From contig NW_005434669.1 in the NCBI RefSeq assembly GCF_000315625.1, forward strand, positions 155,486 to 219,485: DNA of 64,000 nucleotides. Direction: 5' to 3'. Every line of letters starts with the position of its first letter. The first letter of the stretch is position 1. This document shows positions 50,901 to 62,300 of this stretch, piece by piece. The stretch comes from Guillardia theta CCMP2712. Lineage: Eukaryota > Protista > Cryptophyta. Both the position numbers and the translations under genes were made by a program. Below the pieces are notes generated by a model. That model saw only the letters and a program-made list of their open reading frames with translations. It was not told where the DNA came from and did no database searches.

Positions 50901-53047
50901 ATGGTGATTGCGAATATGCTGCAAATGCAGTTTATCGCGGGATCTGGCGGAGACTTGTCGAAAGCCTATGAGGTGCCTGTTGTCATTTGTGTTGCTCTTC
51001 GATCATGTCATGGATTGATCAGCATTCATGTCAGCTATGTACAGATGTTTTCACTGATGTTGCTGTTGTTCTTCCAGAAAGCCACAGCTATTGCCAGCGA
51101 GGCAGTTGCTGGGTTGCGAACTGTCGCCGCGTTCTCTGCCGAAGGTCAAGTTGAGAATGTTTACGAGGAGACGCTCAAGTGAGTGAAAGATCAAGAACAA
51201 GGCAAGGCTGCAAGTCAAGTGACTGATGTTTCCTCTCCAGGTCAGACACTGGCGCACAGCACAAGACGGCTGTAGCTGCGGGACTCGGACAAGGGTTCTC
51301 GCTCTTCACCGTCTTCTTCCTCTACTACTGTGGGTTCGCGGGAGGGGCGTACCTTATGACCCACGAGGGATACTCCTTCAAGGATGTGCTGCAGGTGATA
51401 GTGGAGGATGGAGGCTGTACATGCCGACTATGACTTTCATCTCAAGGTTTTCTTCACCGTGACTTTCATGGGAATGGCTGCCGGCATGGCGGGAGCGATT
51501 GCGCCGGACATCGCAAAGGGAAAACCTGCACTTATCGCCATCTTCAAGCTTATTGACAAGGTGACTTGATGTCTTGAAGGAATGCTCGCGCTCACGACTG
51601 AGCCAGGCTCCCAAGATCGATGCCAATGACCCGTCGGGAGAGAAGCTGCAGCAAGTGCGAGGGGAGATCGAGCTGAGAAACGTCTCCTTCACCTATCCAG
51701 CTCGTCTGGACGTGAAGATCTTCGACAACCTCAACCTCAGTCCGTCTCTCTTGCTCTGACTCGCTCCTCCTCACGCTGCCTGCCACCAGTGATCCCGGCC
51801 GGAAAGACAGCAGCGCTGGTCGGAGGGTCGGGGAGCGGGAAAAGCACCATCATCTCCCTTATCGAGCGCTTCTATGACCCCGACGATGGTCAGGTGATGC
51901 TGAAGGTGGAAGGGAAGACGAAAGAAGCTGAGAAAGCGGCAGATCCTGCTGGACGGTGTTAACATCAAGACGCTGAACTTGTCATGGTTGCGGTCGCATT
52001 TGGGGCTTGTCAGCCAGGAGCCGGTGAGAGGAGAGAGGAGAGAGGAGAGGAGAAGAGAGGACGAGAGGAGAGGAGAGGAGAGGAGAGGAGAGGAGATGAC
52101 AGGAGAGGAGAACGGAATAGAAGAGAGGGAGAGACAGAAAAAGATCGAAAGGTGACGTTCGGCTTCTCAGATCTTGTTTGCCACGACGATCTTCGAGAAC
52201 ATCCGCTATGGAAGGTGGAGCAAACGCCATTTCTGACATGCGGTGACGAGCCAGCAGGGAGGACGCGAGGGAGGAAGAAGTTATCGAGGCGTCCAAGAAA
52301 GCGAACGCTCATGCCTTCATCATGGAATTTCCTGACAAGTTTGAAACGCAATGCGGAGAGAAAGGAACTCAGATGAGCGGCGGGCAGAAACAGGTCCTCC
52401 ACTTCCTCCTCTTCCTTCTTGTCCTCGCTCCCTCGCTCCCTCCTTCCTCTCTCCTTCCGCTCTCCCTCCCTCCGTCTTCATTTCAGCGCATGTCTTGATG
52501 CTCTTGTGGTCGGCAGAGGATCGCAATCGCACGTGCGATGGTCGCCAACCCGACTGTCCTTCTCCTAGATGAAGTCCGATGCGACGCTTCCACCCTCCAG
52601 CTGACCTCCAGCTGACAGGCGACGTCAGCGCTGGACTCACAGAGTGAGAGGCTGGTGCAAGAGGCTCTAGAGCATCTCATGGTGAAAAAACGTGATCGAA
52701 GTGGCTGCAGTGTGACGAGGATGCGGCAGATGGGAAGGACAGTGGTAGTCGTCGCTCATCGCCTGTCAACCATCAAGGTGATCGACAGTTCCTTTGTTAT
52801 GCTTGCAGTCCTGATCGTGTGCCAGCATGCAGACAAGATCGTTGTGCTGTCGGGCGGAGTGATCGTAGAGGAGGTATGGGAAGCTCTTCTGATGAAGATG
52901 GTGGAGGTTGAATCTCTTGTTCGCAGGGCAAGCATTCAGATCTTATCGCCAACACCACAGGAGCTTACTCCAAGCTCATCGCACATCAGGCAAGCTTGAT
53001 CGCTCCTGTGACATGTCTTGATTGCATACCGGCAGATGCAAACGTGA
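47952..53047 (+). CDS. Full-length ABCB transporter, copy 3 (divergent 3' half)
   Basis: ORFs 47877-48665, 48955-50541 and 50526-51182, then NBD2 exons ([16 protein letters not shown]). The last intron 52990-53035 is GC-AG, giving ...HQ/MQT*. Confidence 0.9.
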
Positions 53048-53463
53048 GCCGACAGATGAGACGAGGAACAAGGGAGGGGAAGGAGGAGAAGGAGAAGGCC
53101 AGAGAGTGCGTGACTGAAAAAGCCATGGAGCCTGTGTTTGTATTTGTTTGTATTTGTTTGTATTTGTTGGTGTTTGTACACTTCGATAGTCTAAGACTGC
53201 AGAGAAAGTGTGTGAGTGTTTGAAGGGAGACGGACGACTGATAAACATTGAGAGAGGGCGCGGGTGAGAGTTGAGAAATTCGTTGGTTGCTCGCGGAGCT
53301 TCACCTCGATTCCAGCGTTCGGATCTGTTCCTGTTTACGATTAAAATAGTCAATCCCCACTCCCTTCCTCGCCCCCCCCCCCCTCCTCCTCCTCCTTCTC
53401 CTTCTCCTTCTCCTGCTTCTCCTTCTCCTGCTTCTCCTTCTCCTGCTCCTTCTCCTGCTCCTT

Positions 53464-53506
<43 letters not shown>

Positions 53507-53523
53507 TGCTCCTACTCCCGTTC

Positions 53524-55838
53524 TCAACTCACCACGAAGATTTGCTCGGCAGTGACAGCTGCAGATTCCTGCGCAGCCTCACTACCTATGTCACACACGG
53601 GAGCTTTACCTGAGCTCGCTGTACGGACTCGCGGCTGGGGGGGCGACTTGAAAACCTGCGTCATGATGTGAGGGAGGAGGAAGGGAAAGTCGGAAGAGGG
53701 AGAGGGAGGAGAGGAGGAGAGAGAAGGAGCAAGGGAGGAGAGGAAGGTTGAAGAGGGGAAGGAGCCAGGGAAGGGAGGAGCGGAGCAGATATCACCTGCT
53801 GCTGCTCGTCCTCGGGCGATTCTTTGGCACTTCCTGCAGGTCAACGACGGCAGTCGAGGAGGACACGAAGCGCGTCTCTGCAGTCTCGTCCATCTGCTGC
53901 ATCCCTAGGCCTGGTGCCGCACTGCTGGAGCTGAGGAGGGAGGATCGGGTTGCCTCCTGCACAGGATCAACAATCCCTTCCTTGAGAGACTCTGCAGCTG
54001 CCAGCTTGAGGAGACGGTCAGTCTCCGTCCCTGTGGAGGTGGAGGTGAGCTGGGTCCGAGCTGAGCCGTGCTCGTCCTCGTCCTCATCCCCGTCCCCTGA
54101 GAGCACATGGATGTCTGCATGCGAGTCTTCGTCGGGTCTGCTCTCAGCATCGAGCGAAAGCACGTTTACAGCTCGCTCTCCCTCCTCCCTCGCCCTCCCC
54201 CCGCCTGATCATCGCAGCTCAGAACGCGGGAACGTAGCAGAACGCTGACCCACGTACCACTCCGCTCCTTGAACTTCACCGTGCTGGTCTCTGGAGTGTC
54301 TCGCCCCTTGTGCTGCAGGTGAGCATGCTTCCTCGGGGGCATCGCACCGAACATGAACGATCGCATGGACAGACTTCCAAAGTTCCAGCTCATGTGGAGC
54401 TGAGAGCTGCAGCAACAGTAAGAGCAGACACTCTGACTTCTCAACTCGACCTGGGCCCTCCGGATCCCGAGGCAACCAGGAGTGGGAGGAAGTGCTCGCG
54501 GGTAGGATGAGAGGAGGAAGCAGCGATGCGGATGTTGTCGTCCTTGTGCTTGTTCCAGGAGCACAGCTTCGAGCTTCTCGCATCCCAGGCCTCATCTGCC
54601 GACTGCCATGCTGGCTTGTTCTCCTCCCTTGCCAGCACCTCACTCACCCACTGATCGAAGATTCCAGCATGAACATTCGGATCGCTCTCCCCGAAGGAGA
54701 GGTCGAGCAGCGAATGTGTCACCCCTCCAGTGCACACCAGGAGGAAGCCGCAGTCGCGGAGTTCGCCGAGCGCCTTGCCCAGCCTGACATGAAACGCCTC
54801 GTCCAAGTTGCCGGAGAGCGAGACCTGAAGGATGGGAACGTCTGCTGCGGGGAAGATGAGGGAGAGGGGCGACCAGCAGCCCAGGTCGTACCCCCTCGTG
54901 CCATCGAACTTCCAGGGTATTTCCCACCTCTCCAGGGCCTCCCCCACCTGAGCTGCAAACTCCGCATCTCCTCTTGCCAGGTACTGGACCTGGTAGAGGC
55001 TCTCGGCGAACCCGAAGAAGTCGTGGACGGTCTTGGGGGAGGGGCTACTCATGACTTTGACCTCCTCTGTCTCGGAGATCCATCGAGCGGACACACAAAC
55101 GATGCAGGTCGGTCTTCGCTCAGGGTAGTGCATTTGTATACCCAGCTCCCGCAGGAAGTCGCTGTACTCGCTCCGCTCCATCAGCAGCGTCGGGGATCCG
55201 ATGGGGAGGAAGAGAGCTGGTTGCTCAGGTAGCTGCTCTTCGACCTTCTGCTGTTGGTGCGTTTGCTCCTGCTCTGCGGCTGCCTGCGCCGGTTGCTGAT
55301 CCTGTTCCTTCTTGACCCCCTGCTCCTCCTGCTCCTCCTGCTCCCTCCGATCCCGCTGATCTTTTCCATCCTTCCTTTCCTCTTGATGCGGTGGCTCCTC
55401 CTCCCCTTCCTCCACCTTCTTCTCCTGCTCTTCCACTGCCTCCTCCACCCTCTCTTCCTCCCGAGCGCTCCTCTGCAAGGATCCCTCTGACATGCTGAGC
55501 CTGACCAACGATCGAGCTGACGAGCTCTCTTCAGCTCTCGTCCCTTGCCATGCCTGTGGTTCAGCACCAGTCATCAGCAAGTCAACAAGGAGTCTATCTC
55601 CCCCCCTCCTCCTCCCCGCCACCTTCATCAATCCTTCCTCCCCTCTCTCCTCTCCTCTCCTCTCCTCTCCTCTCCTCTCCTCTCCCTCCTCTCCCTCCTC
55701 TCCCTCCTCTCCCTCCCTCCTCCTCCCGCTCCTCGTTGTGCTCCCTGCTCCCACCGCACCGTTCGCTGTTATCCAAGTTTCACAGCCATCGTTTGCCTTT
55801 GGTGAAACCTCAGGGGTCACACCCTGGCTGTTTTGCAT
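53524..55838 (-). CDS. LigB/DODA/YgiD-family extradiol dioxygenase homolog with long low-complexity extensions
   Basis: PKTVHDFFGF, PAADVPILQVSL, HVRLGKALGELRD, GGVTHSL, HPTREHFLPL. The 3' end is approximate. Confidence 0.8.
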
Positions 55839-55900
55839 TAGAGGAGAACTAAGAAATCTCAATTCATCTGAGGTAGGGGGAAAGACAAGGAATAGTCGCA

Positions 55901-57394
55901 ATGGCAAGGAAATTCCTGCTGTTGCTTGTGGCCATGGCGGGAGGAGGATGCGACGGATTCGTTACTCCTCCTCACTCCTTCCCGCCTTTTCATGCTCTTC
56001 CTCCTCTCCTCTCCTCCTCTGTCACTTCTCCCTTCCTTCCCTCTCCTCTTCCTCTCCTCACATCTCCCACTGCTCTCCTCCCCTCTCGCCCACCTTCCCC
56101 TCCTCGCCATTCACCACGAGCGCCATGGCGCTTGTGCGAGATGAATGGAGCACAGGTCTTCAGGTGACGATCCGAAAACTGTGAGCACATGGAGAAGTAA
56201 CGGGGGTGAAGAGCAGGACCGAGATCCATGTGAAGGAATTTCCCGTAAAAGTCAAACCGGATGACTCGATTGTACTGATGGGATCATGCTTTTCAGGCAA
56301 ACTCCTCTCGTCTCCTCTCGCACCATCTTCACTGACTCTCAACGGCAGAGAACATGGGCAGCAAGTTCCAGCTAGCCAAGTTCCAAGTCTGTGTCAACCC
56401 CTTCGGAACCACCTATAACCCTCTGTCCTTGGCCTGGCAGCTTGAGAGGCTGGGACAGGAGCGGAGTTTTGACGAGCAAGACGTTCGATCGCACGGGAGG
56501 AAATGTTTCAGCTTCCAGCATCACACCAAATTCACCAGCACCAGCACACAGGAGACTCTGCAGCTCATGAACAAAGAGTTCATGCTCGCAAGACAGTCCT
56601 TGCTCTCAGCTGACTTTCTATTCCTCACTCTGGGATCAGCATGGGCCTTCACCCTGAGAGAAACAGGAGAAGTTGTTTCAAACTGTCACAAGCTGCCTCA
56701 GTTGTTGTTTTCTCGCAAGATTGTCAGCGCGAGCGAGGCGAGCGAGGCGCTGAAAGATTCGTTGACGACCTGGATGTCTCTCAACCCGAAACTGAGAATC
56801 ATCATCACTGTCTCTCCTGTTCGACATTGGAAGGACGGAGCTGTTGAGAACAGCAGGAGCAAGGCAAACCTGATTGTGACAGCGCATGAGCTGATGGCTC
56901 AGCTGCCAAACAAAGTTTTCTACTTCCCTTCGTATGAGATAGTCATGGATGACCTGCGGGATTATCGATACTACCAAGATGACTTGCTACATCCTACAAA
57001 CTTTGTGATGATGGAGTGGTGAAGGTAGCAAGACTGATTGTTGATCAGGCCATTGACTACATATGGAACAAGCTCGTTGACAGTCTCTTCACCAAGTCGT
57101 CATCAACCTTGTTGAGGCGACTGGATGCGATTCATCGGGCTGTTCAACACAGGTGCAAGATGATGACGATGGTGATGGTGAGATTGAGAGATTGACAGAC
57201 CCTTCGATGAAGTGGATCCTGCGTATCAAGTGTTTGCAAGGAAGCAGTTGAGCGAAATGGAAAGTTTAGAAAAAGAATTTCCGCATGTGAGGGTTTGCTT
57301 CTTTCCCCTCGAAGTGTTTTCTTCTGAGGGCCCCTGTCGCCAACAGATGAGTTTCAAGTCCGAGAAGGAAATTTTTCTGTCAAGATTGATATGA
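55901..57394 (+). CDS. GSCFA-family (SGNH-like) protein with signal peptide and transit-like leader
   Basis: MGSCFS, NPFGTTYNP, LTLGSAW, NCHK, TVSPVRH, YFPSYEIVMDDLRDYRYY, LLHP; N-terminus MARKFLLLLVAMAGGGCDGF. Confidence 0.88.
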
Positions 57395-57413
57395 ACGAAC
57401 AACACAATTGCAC

Positions 57414-59280
57414 TTAAGGTTTTGTATCATACAAAGAGGAAATTCGCTTAAACTCTTTCTGACAGGCATATTCTGCTTTCGAAGCTTTCTGCCATGATCC
57501 GTACCTGCAGCCCACAATTCAGCTACAGCTTTCACCGTTAAGACCGTCTCACTTCTCAGGGAACGAGGCGTAAAGTAACTCGGGCGCCGCCTGCATCATG
57601 AACTCCAAGGCGACTTGAATGTCGCACAGGATGCGGGCGAGGTCACAATGGTCGGAGCCCAGGGCCTTCCCGAGCGAGTCCTGTAGCTCAGAGCTGCACG
57701 TCAAGTCAGAAGCTGCTGAAGACGGTACAAGCGCTATCGACCTGCAGCGAAGGATCAACGCGATCAGTGCTGGGTTGGGATTCTTCTGGGAACTTGCGAT
57801 CTCATGCGCACTCCTGACAATCATGTTGTTGATGCGACACCTGAAAGAAGTTGAGCGTTTGTTGGGACGTTGGAGCCTTTTGATGAGCAGACCAGCCGAC
57901 TCACATTACAAGATGGTGGGGATGAAGAATCTGTTCGGCCTCAACCTTCTCGCTCTTGAGCTGAGAGGTTTGCTATCAGCGCTGTTTACCAACACAGCGT
58001 GTTCATACCTGCTTCAACGCAAACTTGTGGCTGACTTGGTTGCCCTCAAGCATCTCGTCAAGTTTTTCACAAGACTGGATCAACTTCAGTCTGCTTGCAA
58101 AGGTGCAGTTTTTTCAACGACAACCTGTTCGATGTATCCCATGTCTTCTACTACTGCCTCTCTATCGAACCCCTCCTTAACATTCCCCAAGTCAACAGAT
58201 ACTTGACGATGGATGCAAGGCTCACCTGATCCTCGAAGAGGAAACTCTCCATCTCCACAGGCCATGGCGATTCATTCAGATTGCAGAAATGTTGCGCTTC
58301 AAATTTCTGCAGGAGGGTGAGCGAAATGAGTCTGACAAGCTTGGAGGCCTCCCACCTTAGAACGCGCAGCAAACGATTGCTCCAGTGGGTAAAGGTACGA
58401 GATGAAGATTTCCTCCCCCTGTTTGATTGCCCTCGTCGCAACCACCTCGGACATCTTGGAATAGGTTTTCTGTCCCGTCTGACCGTTCACTCTCTCCCCC
58501 GGGCTGAAAGTCATGCAATTCGGCAAGCACCGGTGATTGAACATAGACTTCTTGATACAGATTCCTCCCTCAAAGGCGTTGAAGCAGATCTTCAACAGCA
58601 GACAAAACACGTCCTTCTCCTCCAACTTCGGCTCGTTCTGATAGTCCACGAGGGTATCAACTGAGTCCGCGTGAACTTTCTTTGCCCTCTTGTACACGGA
58701 TTCCTCCAGGTCGTCCATAGACTGAGGATACAATGGTTTCATTTGCTCTAGCACCGAGTCACGGTCCTGATGCCTGAGGACTTCCTTTGCCAGAAAGATG
58801 TGAACGTGGTCCTCTGTCTCGGACTTTCCTGAAAGGTAAGGCACGAGAGGGGCCTCGGCTACCACAACCTGTGAGGCTGAGTCAACAACACACCTGTGAA
58901 CTAGACTGCAGGGCAAGGACGAGAGGGAGACAGGCATGAGTGGGAGAGAGCGGGAGGAGAGGGGGAGCGAGGGCGAGGGCGAGGGCGAGGGCGAGGGCGA
59001 GAGCGAGGGCGAGAGGGGGAGGGGGAGCGAGAGCGAGAGCGACAGGGACAGGGACAGGGTGAGCGAGAGCGAGAAGGGAAGGGAGAGCGGGAGGAAGAGG
59101 GAGGGGGGAGGAAGGAGGAAGAGCTGGAGCAAGAGGAAAGAGGAAAGAATCATCTTCAACCTCTCCAGGCGAGATGTCACGAGTCGCAAACACTCCTCGT
59201 CGTCCTCCGACATCTGTCCTTTCACGGACCTCGCAGCTCTCATCCATCTCAACAAACATGACGCTCGAAGACGCGCTCAT
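57414..59280 (-). CDS. SET-domain (SMYD-like) lysine methyltransferase
   Basis: GRRGVFATRDISPGE/VVVAEAP, SMFNHRCLPN, ATRAIKQGEEIFISY. Confidence 0.85.
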
Positions 59281-59361
59281 GGTGAACTTGACGAGGACAA
59301 TGAAAACCAATACGAACAGGGTGAATCGAGGCGTTTCTTTCCTAGATGTTATGGCGAAAGA

Positions 59362-62300
59362 ATGAATGGCAAATTGTGGGGGTTCGAATCCTTCCTTGTC
59401 GCATTCGCCTTACCCACTTTGCCTTTCGAGGTTTGTATCAGTTTATCCTCTCCTGCCTGAACTCCTCGAACCCTCTTCCTCTTCCTCCTCTCTCTCCCTC
59501 GCTCCTCACCGTCTGCTCTTGTTTCTTCCCTGCCCGCCGTTCAACCCAGTTTCGCCTCCATCGCACGTGCCCTAGCTCACCGTGTCCGCCTCAGCCATTG
59601 TCATAGGAGTGCAAAACGATTTTAAAAGTCTCTATAGGCTCAATGCGCTTCTGTATGGGAACGGGCGGATCGAGGATCGGATCATGGCCTAGGAGGAGGA
59701 GGAGGAGGAGGAGGAGGAGGAGGAGGAGGAGGAGGAGAGCCGGGAGGGAATGGGATACAGGAGAATCCAGATATGATGGAAAGAGATGGGATGACTTGGA
59801 TATGATAGAGATTACCTCAGCTTTACACTTCACAATGCTGATGTGAGAAATTGTCAGGAGGTAAACATTAAGACAATAGTTTGTTCCCATTTGAAGCTCT
59901 CCAAGAATACACAAGAAACTTCAACATTACTGGTAACTTGAGAGTTTCAAGGGTATCGAAACGACTGATCTACGTGCAAGGCCTTTTCTTCCTCCTCTTG
60001 TTCTGGTCCCTCACCATGTCCAACACGCACAGCCTCCTGCAAAGTGCCGCCAACTATGGTGACAAAGTTACATGAGTTGAAGAGACTGACACACTCTTGT
60101 CATGTCCTCAGTGACGATACTCGGATGTGGTGATGATTCAGATGTTGAGTCTTGACATGACACCTTCGGGCACAGGACCTGAATCTCCTCCGTCCATTTG
60201 CATCACAACTGCCAAGGTACTGCCTTGCTTGACTACTCTGACTCCCCTCCCTCCCTCCCTCCCTCTCTCCCTCCTCCCTTCCTCCCTTTCACTTCTGATT
60301 GTCTTCTGCAGGACAGGATTTTGATCAACTGCCCTGAGGGCACGCAGGTAGAGGAAGATTTCATGTCATTCGAAGGGTGACGTTTCGCAGCGATTGATGA
60401 CTGAGAACAAGTTGAAACTAACAAACAAGGTGCGTCGTTTCTTTACCTTCACGACTAAGATAGGAACCATTTGAGATGAGGAGGAGGAGGAGGAGGAGGA
60501 GGAGGAGGAGGAGGAGGAGGAGGAGGAGGAGGACGAAAGGTGGGGGGCGGGGGGAGAGATTGGTGGGAGAGGTTATGACGATAACGATGACGAACCGTTG
60601 TTTGAGTTTGCGCTAATAATGGTTCGCAGGCGAGCTCTTTTTTCTTCACACAGAACAACTGGGAGTACATCACGGGGATCACAGATTGTCTCCTCAAGAT
60701 GTCAGAGGAGGGGCAGGTGAACATGGAACTATGATTTGCTTCATTCACAATGTCTGCAGACACAGCTCAACCTCACGGGGGTGAGAATGAAAGAATATAT
60801 GATGTCAACTTCATATTTCTTGGGAAATCGTCCAAACATGTCACTGAATTTGGGTGAGAGATTGTTTGTTTGTGCTATTGTATAGGCCGTCCTTTACATC
60901 GTGTTGAACCAGTCACGTTACCTGAGGTTGGAGATGTTCATCCAAGATTCAGCAGCTTTCAAACAGAGGATGGAACGAAGATATCACCGTATGTGCTGAA
61001 TCCCGACGCTGAGAAGGAGGTTGAGAAGGATCGAAACCACCTGAAGAGAAGTTTTGAAGAGATGGAGCAAGGAGAGAAAGCAGCCGACAACGAAATCATC
61101 GATATGCTGCTACCCGACCACAAACACGGAAGTATTCACACGCTGTTACTCTCTTACAGTCCGTATCATCGAAGACATCACAGCAAATTCAATTCAAGAC
61201 GATCAAGATGGTTGGATGATGGAACATCAAGCAAGACATCTCGGTTGTCTGTTTGTTATGTAGTTCAATTCCCCGATCTGCCTGGAAAGTTCGATGTCAA
61301 GAAAGCAGAAGAGCTGAAAGTCCCCAAGGGTCCGATGAGAGGAAAACTAGTCAAAGGAGAAACGATTGTGCTTGAAGATGGAAGAAAAATTTCACCGAGG
61401 TGAGTGAAAAAGATGGTGATGAGGACAGATGAGACATTTCTAATTGGTAATGGATGTACATGCTCTGTGTGATATGATATGTTGACATGCGTTTGACTTC
61501 GCTACATGTCTGATGACACTTCCTGCTCCAGCGACTGTGTTGGTCCAGGTGCACCAGGCGGTTTAGTGTGCGTGATTGACTGTCCATCCAGTCTTCATGT
61601 CAAGAGTTTGCAAGGTGAGCGGACGAGGAGGAAGGAGAAATGGGTAGAGAAGAGGGGAAACAACTATCATCCTTACGTTGACTTTTGCATCGTCATCCTA
61701 TGATATATCGTTTCTCTTCAGATTCGAAGCTTCTCTCTGTTTTTTCAGAAGAAAACGTTCTCAACAGAATGATCTACTTCGTTCACATGTCGCCCGATGA
61801 AGTTCTTGAATCAGAGGAGTATGCTCAGGTCTTCAGATTATTCTGCTTCCTTTCATGACTTGTCGTCTCAGTTTACCTCCAAGATTCCATCATGCCTCAA
61901 CATTACTCATGTGTAAGAATGAAGATGATGATGATCAGGATTCACGATAACAATAACGAGGAGGTGGTGGTAGTGATGGTGGAGGTGGCGAGAGGAGAGA
62001 GGATATTTGGGTAGGACGACCATCAGAAATGTAACAAACTTGTGACAGGGTCGTCAACTCAGACGTTCAAACTCAAAGACCTATCTACGTTGCGTCCGAA
62101 AGATATCTCAAGCTGCTATCTTGGGTAATTTCCATCACGTCGACAAACTTGGTCTCACTCTGTTGAAGGTGGATGAGAAGTTCTTTGCTCCTTCAGCCTG
62201 CCAGTACCCGAGCTTGTTGTCGTTCGGGCCCGAGAAGAGTGGGAACATACCAAGGAGAGAGTATGATAGAATGAAGAATATTCGTGCAACTTGCGGTTTG

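Noticed and set aside
52976-53555. GA/EG-rich and PA/PS-rich ORFs
   Set aside because: Simple repeats between convergent genes.
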